In this document: positions 10,887 through 20,813 of the stretch, one piece after another
How the letters are laid out: every line of letters starts with the position of its first letter
How positions within the stretch are numbered: the first letter of the stretch is position 1
The notes under the pieces: model-generated
The model's database searches: none
Told to the model about the DNA's origin: nothing
Seen by the model: only the letters and a program-made list of their open reading frames with translations
Assembly (NCBI GenBank): GCA_050950505.1
Contig: JBMNHS010000001.1
Coordinates: 704,001-768,000 of the forward strand
Reading direction: 5' to 3'
Source of the DNA: Candidatus Methanomethylophilaceae archaeon
GTDB taxonomy: Archaea; Thermoplasmatota; Thermoplasmata; Methanomassiliicoccales; Methanomethylophilaceae
Length of the DNA stretch: 64,000 nt
Position numbers and translations under genes: made by a program

Positions 10887-11837
10887 ATGGTTAATTCGCT
10901 GGACGTAACGTCACTTACGAAATCATTTGGGAATTTCGTTGCCGTAAATGACGTGTCCATCACTGTCGGGAAGGGGGAGTTCATGGGACTCCTCGGTCCG
11001 AACGGTGCAGGCAAGAGTACGATTTTAAAAGTAATAACGGGGATGATAAGCCCAACTTCCGGAAGCGTCATGGTTCATGGCATCGATTGCAAAAATCACC
11101 GAAAAGCCATGGAGAGGGTCGGCTGTGTGATAGAGACTCCGGAATCTTATCCCAATTTTACCCCCACTGAAATGCTGAATTACATCGGAAGAGTACGCGG
11201 CATAGGCAGGCAGGACCTGCCCGTTCGCATACGCGAAGTGCTTGAAGAAGTCAGAATGTGGGAATGGAGGGACAAGAAAATAGGAACTTTCTCCAAAGGT
11301 ATGAAACAAAGAGTTTCGATTGCGCAGGCCCTCTTGCCCGATCCGGACCTTTTGCTTCTGGACGAACCCACCTCGGGATTGGATCCGAGAGGAATGATGG
11401 AAGTCAGGGAAGTGCTCCTGGGACTGAAAGGCGGAGGACGGTCTCTCATGGTGTCGACGCATATGCTTAACGAAGTGTCCGAACTCTGTGATTCGGTCAC
11501 GGTCATACGGAGAGGAAGCAAAGTCATGGGAGGCAAGGTCCGGGAACTTCTGAGGAGCGAGCAGGACGGTGTGGTCCTGGAGGTGGAAGTTCGAAACACC
11601 CTTACTTCCGAATTCATGAGCAATCTCGGAGGCCTTGCCGGAGTCACCGAGGCCGAGAAAGTGGATGATTACTGTTTCGAAGTGAGTTTTTCAAACAACG
11701 GAGGAAACAGAGAGGATTTGGTGGATCTGATCAGAAACCACCGTTTGGGTTTTATGACGTTAAATCAAAAAGGTTCCGATTTGGAATCATTGTACATGAG
11801 TCTAACCGGGGAGGATGACAAAGATGACATCAGATGA
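10887..11837 (+). CDS. ABC-2 type exporter ATP-binding subunit
   Basis: GPNGAGKST, FSKGMKQR signature, LLLDEPTSGLDP, STH. Confidence 0.95.
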   Translation: MVNSLDVTSLTKSFGNFVAVNDVSITVGKGEFMGLLGPNGAGKSTILKVITGMISPTSGSVMVHGIDCKNHRKAMERVGCVIETPESYPNFTPTEMLNYIGRVRGIGRQDLPVRIREVLEEVRMWEWRDKKIGTFSKGMKQRVSIAQALLPDPDLLLLDEPTSGLDPRGMMEVREVLLGLKGGGRSLMVSTHMLNEVSELCDSVTVIRRGSKVMGGKVRELLRSEQDGVVLEVEVRNTLTSEFMSNLGGLAGVTEAEKVDDYCFEVSFSNNGGNREDLVDLIRNHRLGFMTLNQKGSDLESLYMSLTGEDDKDDIR

Positions 11838-12759
11838 CAGACTCACATTGACGGAGTCGGAAATCTGTACCATGAACGAAGATTTCCAAGAATCCTGCGA
11901 ATGTGAAATTAGTGCACCGGAGGCGGAAATCCATGAAACCGGACAGGAGCGGACAAAACACCGTCTCCCTTCCCAGTTAAGTCAGATGGGATCGGTCTTC
12001 AGTGTGCAGATGAGATTGTTTTTTAAAAGCAAAATTGTCTACGTATTCCTTATTCTCGCACTGCTCATACCTGTGATAGCTTACTATGATATTTTAGGCA
12101 GGCTGTACGGAAACAACGATACGATAGCAGGTCTCCTGATGGCGCTCCCCATAATGATGGCGATAATATCCCCTATGCTGTCCGGACGGATATTGTCCTC
12201 GGAGTTCAGGAACAAGACCGCATTTATGATGTTCCCGTTGCCTGTGTCCCGATCTGCATTCTATTTTGGAAAATTCCTTGCATCCCTGGTGCTTTCATTG
12301 AGCATATTCAGTCTGGCTTACGGTTTGGCGATACTGTCCGGCATGGATTCGGGCATATCGGCGTTCCCTTCCGATTTCATAGGTTCGTACATAATGGCCG
12401 TGGCGGGAGTTTTTGCCGTATCTGCGACTGCGTACGGACTCGGCACGATGTTCCGCAGGGGGTCGGTACCCGTAACAGTGGTAATCACCTTAGGAATACC
12501 GTTTTTGTACGCGGCAATCATGGCGTTATATTCGACGCAGATACCCTCTGCCATACAGGATTATTTGAAACTGCTTCCTCAGTTTGACGGGTACCAGGCA
12601 CTGTTGACGATGGATGCGGCATTCACCTTTGTCGGTCAGCCGCTCGATTCTTACCTCATGTCGGATCTGTCGTCCTATCTGTACATAGGCGTGGCCTTTA
12701 CATGGGGTGTCCTGTTCCTCGCGCTGGGCCTTTTGAAAATTATTAAAAAGGAGTTGTGA
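11815..12759 (+). CDS. ABC-2 type transporter permease
   Basis: About six TM helices; SSEFRNKTAFMMFPLPVSRSAFYFGKFLAS motif; overlaps the ATPase gene. Confidence 0.88.
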   Translation: MTKMTSDDRLTLTESEICTMNEDFQESCECEISAPEAEIHETGQERTKHRLPSQLSQMGSVFSVQMRLFFKSKIVYVFLILALLIPVIAYYDILGRLYGNNDTIAGLLMALPIMMAIISPMLSGRILSSEFRNKTAFMMFPLPVSRSAFYFGKFLASLVLSLSIFSLAYGLAILSGMDSGISAFPSDFIGSYIMAVAGVFAVSATAYGLGTMFRRGSVPVTVVITLGIPFLYAAIMALYSTQIPSAIQDYLKLLPQFDGYQALLTMDAAFTFVGQPLDSYLMSDLSSYLYIGVAFTWGVLFLALGLLKIIKKEL

Positions 12760-13565
12760 AAATGAAAAAAATCGCAATACTCATGACGCCTCTGCTTCTG
12801 TTCACGCCGATTATGTTCATAGACTTCGCACCCGAGGACGACGGAACAATAGTCAAGACGGTGGAAGACACGTTGATGTACGAGGTCTATAAGATAGACG
12901 TATCGTCCGCATTGAGTATATCATCATATTCGGACACATTGGTCCATATGATCTTCTTTTATGCTGACGATTCGGACGAGAAAGAAGAGTTTGAAGAAGC
13001 TCTGAGAAACCGGGAACCGTTGCCGCCGGGCCGTGAAATAGAATGGGCGGAAAACATAGGGTGGTACGAGGACGATTGGAATGAGGTGTCCAGGTATGAT
13101 CTGACGGTATACATTTTCGGATATCCCGTGGAAGTACGGTACGATTACAGTAATATGTACGTCAGTATAGCCGAATGGAAAAGTGACGGATACGAATACG
13201 CATCCCGTTATATCATGGACAAAGACAGGTTGAAAATCGATTCTCCAAGCACGAATCTCATCGCCGGTCAGGATGTGAAAATCACGATTTCTGATGCCCC
13301 TGAAGATGTGTCGCTGATTCTGTATTCTTCGGCTCAACGTTCGGATTTGGGGAGCGGTGCGAATTTCGTTGAAATCGAGAAGAGAGGAGATTTTATCGTA
13401 ACCGGGGAGAATTGGGCGGGTTCGTCGCCCTATATATCGTATACGATAGAATATGAAGGCCTTTCTCCGAAAACAACCACTTATGGATTTGGGTTTCTTG
13501 CCGTGGGGATATTGTTCTTCGGCATTATGATATTCTTCGCAAGGCCGCAGAAAATAAAGGATTAA
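12756..13565 (+). CDS. Hypothetical extracellular protein with N-terminal signal and C-terminal TM anchor
   Basis: Hydrophobic N-terminus, acidic core, C-terminal TM and basic tail; GTGA overlap with the permease. Confidence 0.7.
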   Translation: MKMKKIAILMTPLLLFTPIMFIDFAPEDDGTIVKTVEDTLMYEVYKIDVSSALSISSYSDTLVHMIFFYADDSDEKEEFEEALRNREPLPPGREIEWAENIGWYEDDWNEVSRYDLTVYIFGYPVEVRYDYSNMYVSIAEWKSDGYEYASRYIMDKDRLKIDSPSTNLIAGQDVKITISDAPEDVSLILYSSAQRSDLGSGANFVEIEKRGDFIVTGENWAGSSPYISYTIEYEGLSPKTTTYGFGFLAVGILFFGIMIFFARPQKIKD

Positions 13566-13580
13566 ACTATTTTTCAATTG

Positions 13581-13611
13581 AAAGGGGGATTGCCCCCTTT
13601 CTTTTTATTTT
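13581..13611 (+). terminator. Hairpin plus T-tract terminator
   Basis: AAAGGGGG-ATTG-CCCCCTTT then CTTTTTATTTT. Confidence 0.7.
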
Positions 13612-13796
13612 AGACGGTCATTTCAAAAAATCCAGAAACCGGCGATGCAGGTAATTTTTAAGCGTAATGTTTTGAGACAACCACACGGCAAATCGTGTAT
13701 TTTTATATCATTACTATAAAATTCACTATATCGGTTTCTTCAATGTGTTTATTTTTAATATATGTAGAATTACTACATGTCGGGAGGTGAAACCGC

Positions 13797-14018
13797 ATGG
13801 AAGTAAAGAAAACGCTCATGGATATTCTGTATACGCTTGTTTCCATCTTGATAACGATTGTATTGGCGATTGTATTTTTCATCATCATATTGTTCATTAT
13901 CAAGTTTGCAGCCGAGACTGTGTTCTCCGCCGATGCACTCAGCGCCAACTATGCAGTGTTGTCCGCAGTGATATTGACGGCAGTCAGTATGCTGGGCGGG
14001 GCAAAATACGCATACTGA
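13797..14018 (+). CDS. Small two-TM membrane protein (73 aa)
   Basis: Strong GGAGGTGA RBS, upstream TATA, two hydrophobic helices, downstream terminator. Confidence 0.75.
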   Translation: MEVKKTLMDILYTLVSILITIVLAIVFFIIILFIIKFAAETVFSADALSANYAVLSAVILTAVSMLGGAKYAY

Positions 14019-14030
14019 TCAAACCCATTC

Positions 14031-14056
14031 AAAGGGGCGCACCGCCCCTTTTTTTC
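14031..14056 (+). terminator. Hairpin plus T-tract terminator (possibly bidirectional)
   Basis: AAAGGGGCG-CAC-CGCCCCTTT then TTTT, between convergent genes. Confidence 0.7.
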
Positions 14057-14117
14057 ATAATAAAATAAGAAATTTTAAGAAGTTTGCCGGCAAAACAGAT
14101 GCCGGCAGGTAATATGT

Positions 14118-15629
14118 TTATTCGGCCGTGGCCTTTTTGAGTTCGGCGTGGCTCAGTTTAGAAAGCTCTTTCACCTTTGCGAAATCCAATTTCAGGGCTT
14201 CGGAAATCCGCTCCCCGTATTTCGGATCCGCGAGGAAACAATGCGCGGCGTGTCTGTACCTCACGTTGTCGGTAACGCAGGACATGTCCGCGGCGGTGTT
14301 CTTTATCAGAAGTGCTTTCTTGTCTTCTTCCATCAGTCTCCAAAGATCTCCGCCCTGTTTGAAGCAGTCGTCCTCGGGGAAATCTTTGGGATCGTAATGG
14401 TCCATGTCACCGTCGATTTTCATCGGAGGTTCGCGGAATTCTCTCTGGGACTCCCATTCTCCGAAGGAATTGGGCTGATATCCTTTGGTCGAACCGTAGT
14501 TGTCGTCGACTCTCATCAGTCCGTCACGGTGGAACGCATGGACTTCTGTTTTGGCACGGTTCACGGGAATCAGGTGATGGTTGACTCCGAGGCGGTATCT
14601 CTGAGCATCACCGTAAGAGAACAATCTTCCCTGGAGAAGTTTGTCCGGGGAGAAACCGATTCCGGGTACCACGTGGGCGGGATTGAAAGCTGATTGTTCC
14701 ACATCCGCGAAATAATTGTCGGGATTGCGGTTCAGTTCCAGAACGCCCACTTCCATGAGGGGGTATTCGCCTTTCTTCCAAACCGTCGTAATGTCAAAGG
14801 GATTGACCTTGCTGTTTCTCGCCTGTTCCTCCGTCATGATCTGGAAGTACATGGTCCACTTGGGATAATCTCCTCTTTCGATGGAATCGTACAAATCCCT
14901 CTGGTGGCTTTCCCTGTCGGTGGCGATCACTTTCTGAGCTTCCTCATCGGTGAGGTTTTTGATTCCCTGCTGGGTCCTCATATGGATTTTTACCCAGACC
15001 CTTTCATTTTTCTCATTGTACAGGCTGAACGTGTGGCTGCCGAAACCGTGCATGTGCCGGTATGTCGCAGGTATTCCGCGGTCAGACATGACTATGGTTA
15101 TTTGATGGAAAGCTTCCGGGAGCGACGTCCAGAAATCCCAGTAGTTCTGCGGAGAACGCATGTTCGTTCTGGGATCTCTTTTGACGGCATGGTTGAGATC
15201 GGGGAAATCCAGAGGATCCCTCAGGAAGAACACCGGGGTGTTGTTTCCCACCAGATTCCAGTTTCCTTCCTCGGTGTAGAATTTGACGGCAAATCCGCGG
15301 ATATCGCGTTCCGCATCTGCGGCGCCTCTTTCACCGGCAACGGTGGAGAATCTCATGAAAATATCGGTTTTCTTTCCCTTCTCGAACACTTTTGCCTTGG
15401 TATATTTAGATACGTCATGTGTTGCCGTGAAAGTACCGAAAGCTCCGCTGCCTTTGGCGTGCATCCTTCGTTCAGGAATCACTTCTCTGTTGAAGTGACC
15501 CATTTTTTCAACCAGCCATGCATCCTGCATCATGATCGGACCGCGGGGTCCGGCCGTAAGAGAATGTTCATTGTCGGAGACAGGTGCACCGACTTCGTTT
15601 GTCAACTTTTTTTGGTCTTTGTCTGTCAA
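14118..15629 (-). CDS. katA: Monofunctional heme catalase (small subunit)
   Basis: [39 protein letters not shown], heme-ligand motif [14 protein letters not shown] start at 15629 inferred from the RBS-like GGATGTGA. Confidence 0.95.
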   Translation of the reverse strand: MTDKDQKKLTNEVGAPVSDNEHSLTAGPRGPIMMQDAWLVEKMGHFNREVIPERRMHAKGSGAFGTFTATHDVSKYTKAKVFEKGKKTDIFMRFSTVAGERGAADAERDIRGFAVKFYTEEGNWNLVGNNTPVFFLRDPLDFPDLNHAVKRDPRTNMRSPQNYWDFWTSLPEAFHQITIVMSDRGIPATYRHMHGFGSHTFSLYNEKNERVWVKIHMRTQQGIKNLTDEEAQKVIATDRESHQRDLYDSIERGDYPKWTMYFQIMTEEQARNSKVNPFDITTVWKKGEYPLMEVGVLELNRNPDNYFADVEQSAFNPAHVVPGIGFSPDKLLQGRLFSYGDAQRYRLGVNHHLIPVNRAKTEVHAFHRDGLMRVDDNYGSTKGYQPNSFGEWESQREFREPPMKIDGDMDHYDPKDFPEDDCFKQGGDLWRLMEEDKKALLIKNTAADMSCVTDNVRYRHAAHCFLADPKYGERISEALKLDFAKVKELSKLSHAELKKATAE

Positions 15630-15642
15630 CAGAATCACATCC

Positions 15643-15670
15643 TTGTTGCATCTTAAAAATGATGTAACAA
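15643..15670. promoter_or_regulatory. Inverted repeat at the catalase promoter
   Basis: TTGTTGCATC-N8-GATGTAACAA (9/10 match) flanking an AT-rich TATA-like spacer. Confidence 0.45.
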
Positions 15671-15838
15671 TAGATAACACTATGGATTCACAGGACTACG
15701 GCATATAGTGTAACCATATGCTGGATATCCCTGATTGTCTTAAATATTCCATAGTCATAGCACGGGCGCCGGGTACGTGAAAGAACCTAAATCAAGGATC
15801 TCTGAATTTCCCGGTTTGCATTCGGAGCAGTGATCCCT

Positions 15839-17068
15839 ATGGAGAAAAATTCGAAACTGAAGTACGCGTGGTTGATGTTCGGAATTCTTCTGGCAGCATA
15901 TTTCTTTGTATATTTTCACAGAATTTCCGTGGCCGTCGTGGGCCCCGACATAGTAAACGATGTCGGCGGAAACATAGGATATCTCAGTTCGGTTTATTTC
16001 TGGACTTACGCTGCCATGCAGATTCCCTGCGGAATGCTGGTGGACCGTTTCGGACCGAGAAAGGTCGCTTCCATATTTTTGACGATTGCCGCCATAGGTT
16101 CTCTGATGACCGCCATGGGTGAATCGTTCACTGCCGTCGCATTCGGAAAAGTGATGATTGCCGCCGGAATGGCTGCGGTTTACATACCCTTGATGAAAGT
16201 CGTTTCCATATGGTTTCCCCAACACTATTTCCCTCAGTTGAACGGCATAATCATCGCCGTCGGGAACATAGGTGCCTTCGCCGCAACTTATCCGTTGCAG
16301 GCAATCGTCGATGTTCTGGGCTGGAGGGATACTTTCATGGCGCTCATGACCGTCACCTTGGTTTTGGCGATTCTTTGTTTGCTGTTCATCAAGGAACTCC
16401 CGTCGAAGGAAGTCCGCACCGAAAGCGGGATGGGAATGCTGACGGGTCTGAAATCGGTGTTTTCCGGCGGCAGAAAATTCTGGCCCATGGCCATTGCGTA
16501 TTTCCTGGTTTACGGATCTATCATGGTGTTTCAGGGAACTTACGCCAAAGTGTACTTCACCACGTTCTATTCCTTTGCCGGACTGATGATATGGATTGTC
16601 GCCATGATCAGCATAGGAAAAACTCTCAGCATAGCGGTATCGGGAATACTGTCCGGGCGCGGTGTGATCAAATCCAAACGCAAGGCAATGCTTCTGGGCA
16701 CCATGGGATATGCAGCGGTTTGGCTGGCAATGTGGTTGTTTGTGGGTGAAATCGAAAGTGTTTGGTTCTGGGGAATCGTGACATCTCTGTTTGGATTCTT
16801 CGGAGGTTTCATGTCTTTGTCTTTCACACAGGTGAAGGAATGGCATCCCACGTCATTGTCGGCAACAGCCGTCGGGTCCTTGAACATATTCGTGTTTCTG
16901 GGAGCTTCCGTCGCGACAACCGTGGCGGGTTACATCATCGGTGAGGCGCCTTACGCTCTGAGCAACTTCTCCCTTCTGTGGGGACTGATGTTCCTGTCTT
17001 CCGTGATTGCGGTGTTGGCGATATACCTGTCTAAGGAGAATATCACTGCTTCCCGACAACGGCCCTGA
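15839..17068 (+). CDS. MFS transporter
   Basis: About 12 TM helices; motif A GMLVDRFGPRK; YFHRIS N-terminal motif. Confidence 0.92.
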   Translation: MEKNSKLKYAWLMFGILLAAYFFVYFHRISVAVVGPDIVNDVGGNIGYLSSVYFWTYAAMQIPCGMLVDRFGPRKVASIFLTIAAIGSLMTAMGESFTAVAFGKVMIAAGMAAVYIPLMKVVSIWFPQHYFPQLNGIIIAVGNIGAFAATYPLQAIVDVLGWRDTFMALMTVTLVLAILCLLFIKELPSKEVRTESGMGMLTGLKSVFSGGRKFWPMAIAYFLVYGSIMVFQGTYAKVYFTTFYSFAGLMIWIVAMISIGKTLSIAVSGILSGRGVIKSKRKAMLLGTMGYAAVWLAMWLFVGEIESVWFWGIVTSLFGFFGGFMSLSFTQVKEWHPTSLSATAVGSLNIFVFLGASVATTVAGYIIGEAPYALSNFSLLWGLMFLSSVIAVLAIYLSKENITASRQRP

Positions 17069-18809
17069 TACGTCTCACGCCGGCGGCGGAAGACTCTTCC
17101 TTTTTTATTTTGAAGCCTTCCAGTTCGCCGGTTCTTTTGACATGGGGGCCGCCGCAGAGTTCGCATGAAACATCTCCGATTGAATAAACCAAAACCCTCT
17201 CTCCGTATTTGTCCTGGAAAACTCCGATGGCGTCACGTTCCTGAGCCTCTTCATAAGTCATTTCCTCACAAACGACGGGAAGATCCCTTTCAATGATGTC
17301 GTTAACGTAATCCTCGATTTCTTTGATTTCTTCGGGAGTGACTTTCCGGTCCAGGTTGAAATCGAATCTGAGTCTTTTGGCGGTGATGTTGCTGCCTCTC
17401 TGTGTTATCGAGGAATCCACGATTTTTCTCAGGGCGGAGTGAAGAAGATGTGTCGCGGTATGCAACTTGGTGGTTTCTTCGCTGTCATCGGCCAACCCCC
17501 CTTTGAAGTTTTGCTCCGCTCCGGCACGGGAGGCTTCCTGATGTTCCTTGAATCTTCTGTCGAAGTCTTCGGTATCCACCACGAATCCCTTCTCTTCCGC
17601 CAATTCCTTGGTGAGTTCGACCGGAAATCCGAAGGTGTCGAAAAGTCTGAAAACATGTTCGCCGTCCAATACGTCCCCTTCTTTGCAGTCAGCGACCATT
17701 TCGTCGAATCTGCGAAGACCTCTTTTCAGAGTGGAGTGGAATCTCTGTTCTTCGGATTCCATATTGGTGAGAATCTGTTCCCGGTTCCTTCCGAGTTCAG
17801 GGTAAGAATCCTTGTATTCATCGATAATCACTTCACAGATTCCGGCCATGACCACGTCGTCGACCCCCAGATTGGAAAGGTATCTGCTGGCCCTCCTGAT
17901 CAGTCTTCTGAGAATGTATCCCTGACCGATTCTGGCCGGAAGCACCCCGTCGCCCATTATGAAAGTGGCCGCACGGACGTGATCGGCAACAATCCTGAAA
18001 GCTCTGGGATTTTCCGAATATTCCTTGCCGGTGATTTCTTCGGTTTTTGCGATGATTCCGGCGAAAAGTTCGGTATCGAATACGGTTTCTTTTCCGTTCA
18101 TTATTCTGAGAACGCGTTCGAGACCCATTCCGGTATCCACGTTTTTGTTCTCCAGAGGCGTGAAGTTGCCCTCCGCGTCCTTGAAGTATTCCATGAATAC
18201 GTTGTTCCAGATCTCGGTATATTTTCCGCAGTTGCAGGCCGGACCGCAATCAGGACCGCATTTCGGACGTCCGTCATCGAAGAAAATCTCGGTGTCCGGG
18301 CCGCAGGGACCGGTCTGTCCCGCGGGGCCCCACCAGTTTTCCGCCCTTCCGTAAAAGAATATGCGGTCTTCGGGTACACCCAAACTTTTCCAGATTTCGG
18401 CGGTTTCGTCGTCACGGGGAATACTTCCTTCCCCTTCGAAAGCGGTGAACGCCAATTGATCGTGGGTCAGTTTCAGCACTTCGGTCAGAAACCCGTGGCT
18501 GAAAGTTATGGATTCTTTCTTGAAATAATCGCCCAGCGACCAGTTTCCGAGCATTTCAAAGAATGTGAGGTGCCCTTCATCGCCCACTTCGTCTATGTCT
18601 CCCGTCCGTATGCATTTCTGGTAGTTCACCAGACGGGTTCCTTCCGGATGTTTCTGTCCCAACAGGTACGGCACCAGAGGGTGCATTCCCGCAGTGGTGA
18701 AGAGTACGGTGGGGTCGTTCTCGGGGACCAGGGATGCGGATCTTATGAACGCATGCCCTCTTTCTTTGAAAAATTCAACATATGCTTCTCTGAGATCCTG
18801 GGCCTTCAT
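17043..18809 (-). CDS. alaS: Alanine--tRNA ligase, short bacterial-type form (about 588 aa)
   Basis: DPTVLFTTAGM, HLTFFEMLGNWSLGDYFK, GPCGPDTE, EIWNNVFM, VDTGMGLER, editing HTATH...CGGPH; ends GVRRIRAVVGKQ. Confidence 0.95.
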   Translation of the reverse strand: MKAQDLREAYVEFFKERGHAFIRSASLVPENDPTVLFTTAGMHPLVPYLLGQKHPEGTRLVNYQKCIRTGDIDEVGDEGHLTFFEMLGNWSLGDYFKKESITFSHGFLTEVLKLTHDQLAFTAFEGEGSIPRDDETAEIWKSLGVPEDRIFFYGRAENWWGPAGQTGPCGPDTEIFFDDGRPKCGPDCGPACNCGKYTEIWNNVFMEYFKDAEGNFTPLENKNVDTGMGLERVLRIMNGKETVFDTELFAGIIAKTEEITGKEYSENPRAFRIVADHVRAATFIMGDGVLPARIGQGYILRRLIRRASRYLSNLGVDDVVMAGICEVIIDEYKDSYPELGRNREQILTNMESEEQRFHSTLKRGLRRFDEMVADCKEGDVLDGEHVFRLFDTFGFPVELTKELAEEKGFVVDTEDFDRRFKEHQEASRAGAEQNFKGGLADDSEETTKLHTATHLLHSALRKIVDSSITQRGSNITAKRLRFDFNLDRKVTPEEIKEIEDYVNDIIERDLPVVCEEMTYEEAQERDAIGVFQDKYGERVLVYSIGDVSCELCGGPHVKRTGELEGFKIKKEESSAAGVRRIRAVVGKQ

Positions 18810-18885
18810 GTTACAAATACGCCTGATGCTCCATCTGTTTAAAAAATATGGCATAGCAGTGTTGAAAGAAGGATGGGGAACGGAA

Positions 18886-19935
18886 TCATACTTTCAGATA
18901 TTCTTTCCCTTCCAGCATGAGTTCTTCGAAGGCTTTCGCATCATCCGACGCTGCCGCTTCGCTAACTTGTCTGATGCCCTCGTCGAGTTCATGAAGCATT
19001 CTGTCCCTGTTCATGTTCAGATTCTGTATTTCGTAGTACAGGCCCGGGTCCTCCAAAGCCACTGACATGAACGTATCTGTCATTTTATCGAAAGTGGTCG
19101 ATGACAGAGACCGGAATTCCTCAAAGGGTATGCCGCTGTTTCTCAGAACCGTGAAGAATACTATGTTTACTATATGGCTGAGACCGAGCACGTAGGACAT
19201 GTATTCGTCGTGCTTATCCACGGGAATAATTTTTATTTCCGCGCCTCTGCCGTCAAAAAGACCTTTTGCCTGATTTACCGCAGCTTCGGAACCACAATCG
19301 CAGACAATCAGATTTCTTCCGTGTATCGATCTGACTGAGGGTCCGAACATGGGGTGCACGGAACATACCTTTCTGCGTTTTGCCAACTTCTTCAAATTTT
19401 CAACAAAAGGCGTTTTCAGAGAAGATATGTCAAAAATCAACGTATCTTCACGGCACACCGTATCCAATTCTTCAAGAATCTTCGATACCGAAGATATGGG
19501 AACGGCAATGGCGACGGCATCGGAATCTTTGGCATCTTCCGTTGTCAGACCGTTGCCCGCCGCAGGGTCAATCACCGTGACTTCGTGACCCATCTCCCTG
19601 AACAATCTTACGATTGCCTTGCCCATTTGGCCGCTTCCCCCCACAACGGCAATGTTCTTTTTTGTCTGTTCTTTGTGTTTTGACAGCGATTCTGCCGCCG
19701 ATGACTGTTCGGTGATTATTCTGCACAGTTCTTCCGCGGCGGTCCGGTTCATTCCGACCATGTCACCCAGTGCCCGGAATCTTTCAAGAACAGAAAATCC
19801 CGTATCCGGACATTCCCCCCCAATCAGTCCGATTTCGGAGGAAATTCTCAGTCTTTCCCCGACCAAAGACATTATTTTATCATCGATTCTGCGCATTTCC
19901 GACAGAAGTCTGCCGGTTGTCTCTTCATTGTCCAT
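18886..19935 (-). CDS. tyrA: Chorismate mutase/prephenate dehydrogenase fusion
   Basis: N-terminal AroQ-like helix bundle; GGSGQMG Rossmann motif, DISSLK, HPMFGP, HDEYM..LSH. Confidence 0.9.
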   Translation of the reverse strand: MDNEETTGRLLSEMRRIDDKIMSLVGERLRISSEIGLIGGECPDTGFSVLERFRALGDMVGMNRTAAEELCRIITEQSSAAESLSKHKEQTKKNIAVVGGSGQMGKAIVRLFREMGHEVTVIDPAAGNGLTTEDAKDSDAVAIAVPISSVSKILEELDTVCREDTLIFDISSLKTPFVENLKKLAKRRKVCSVHPMFGPSVRSIHGRNLIVCDCGSEAAVNQAKGLFDGRGAEIKIIPVDKHDEYMSYVLGLSHIVNIVFFTVLRNSGIPFEEFRSLSSTTFDKMTDTFMSVALEDPGLYYEIQNLNMNRDRMLHELDEGIRQVSEAAASDDAKAFEELMLEGKEYLKV

Positions 19936-19936
19936 A

Positions 19937-20734
19937 TCAAAGCCCCCTTAGATTCAGCATGGCTTCTTCCACTTCCGCTTTTCTTATGACTATGTCCGTA
20001 ATGGCGCGGGTCATTCCCTCCGGGTTTTTGTGCTGGAAGATGTTTCTGCCGATGGAAACCCCTTTTCCGCCCACGTCTATCGAATCCTTGACCATGTTCA
20101 GCATTTCGAAATCCGACGAAACCTTGGGTCCGCCGGCTATGACTACGGGAATCAACGCCCCTTTAACCACGTCCTTGAACGTATCCGGATCTCCGGTGTA
20201 ATTGCATTTTACGATGTCCGCCCCCAGTTCCGCGGCGACTCTCGCACTGTGGGCCACGAGTTCCGGATTGAAGGGATCTGTGATTCCCGGCCCTCTGGCG
20301 TAAGCCATGACCAAAAGGGGGACGCCCCATTCCGCGCAGTCACGGGAAACACACCCCACGTCTCTCAGCATGTCCGGTTCGGTTTCCGCTCCGACATTTA
20401 TGTGCACGGATACGGCGTCAGCCCCCAGTTTCAGAGCTTCCGTCACTTCGGTCACCAGAACTTTGCTGTTGTTGGTGGATCCCATGTCCGTGGACGCGGA
20501 AAGATGAACCATCAGCCCTATGTCGTGACCTCCGGCGCGGTATCCGTGACGGACGATTCCCTTATGCATCAAAACTGCCGTCGCACCTCCGCCGGCTACC
20601 GCATCAACCGTGCGTTTCATGTCGGTCAGACCTTCTACGGGACCGATGGAAACGCCATGGTCAAGAGGAACGATTACGCAATTCCCCGTCCTGCGGTCCG
20701 TGATTCTCTCCATTCTGATATTTTTTCCGAACAT
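19937..20734 (-). CDS. 2-amino-3,7-dideoxy-D-threo-hept-6-ulosonate synthase (AroA', DhnA-family aldolase)
   Basis: [55 protein letters not shown]; cotranscribed with tyrA. Confidence 0.88.
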   Translation of the reverse strand: MFGKNIRMERITDRRTGNCVIVPLDHGVSIGPVEGLTDMKRTVDAVAGGGATAVLMHKGIVRHGYRAGGHDIGLMVHLSASTDMGSTNNSKVLVTEVTEALKLGADAVSVHINVGAETEPDMLRDVGCVSRDCAEWGVPLLVMAYARGPGITDPFNPELVAHSARVAAELGADIVKCNYTGDPDTFKDVVKGALIPVVIAGGPKVSSDFEMLNMVKDSIDVGGKGVSIGRNIFQHKNPEGMTRAITDIVIRKAEVEEAMLNLRGL

Positions 20735-20747
20735 ATTATCCGTGTCC

Positions 20748-20776
20748 CGTGCTAACATGTAGCACGATGTATAAAA
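20748..20776 (-). promoter_or_regulatory. TATA box plus a palindromic operator for the aroA'-tyrA operon
   Basis: TTTTATA on the minus strand (20776-20770) followed by CGTGCTA-N5-TAGCACG (20748-20766). Confidence 0.5.
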
Positions 20777-20813
20777 CATTTCTCATGTCGGTATTTTTCT
20801 TGATTGTACGGAA

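Noticed and set aside
10500-15800. Integrative element at tRNA-Ala or tRNA-Leu
   Set aside because: No integrase or duplicated tRNA 3' end seen. A 10-nt match to the tRNA-Leu end near 60249 lies inside a CDS and is plausible by chance.
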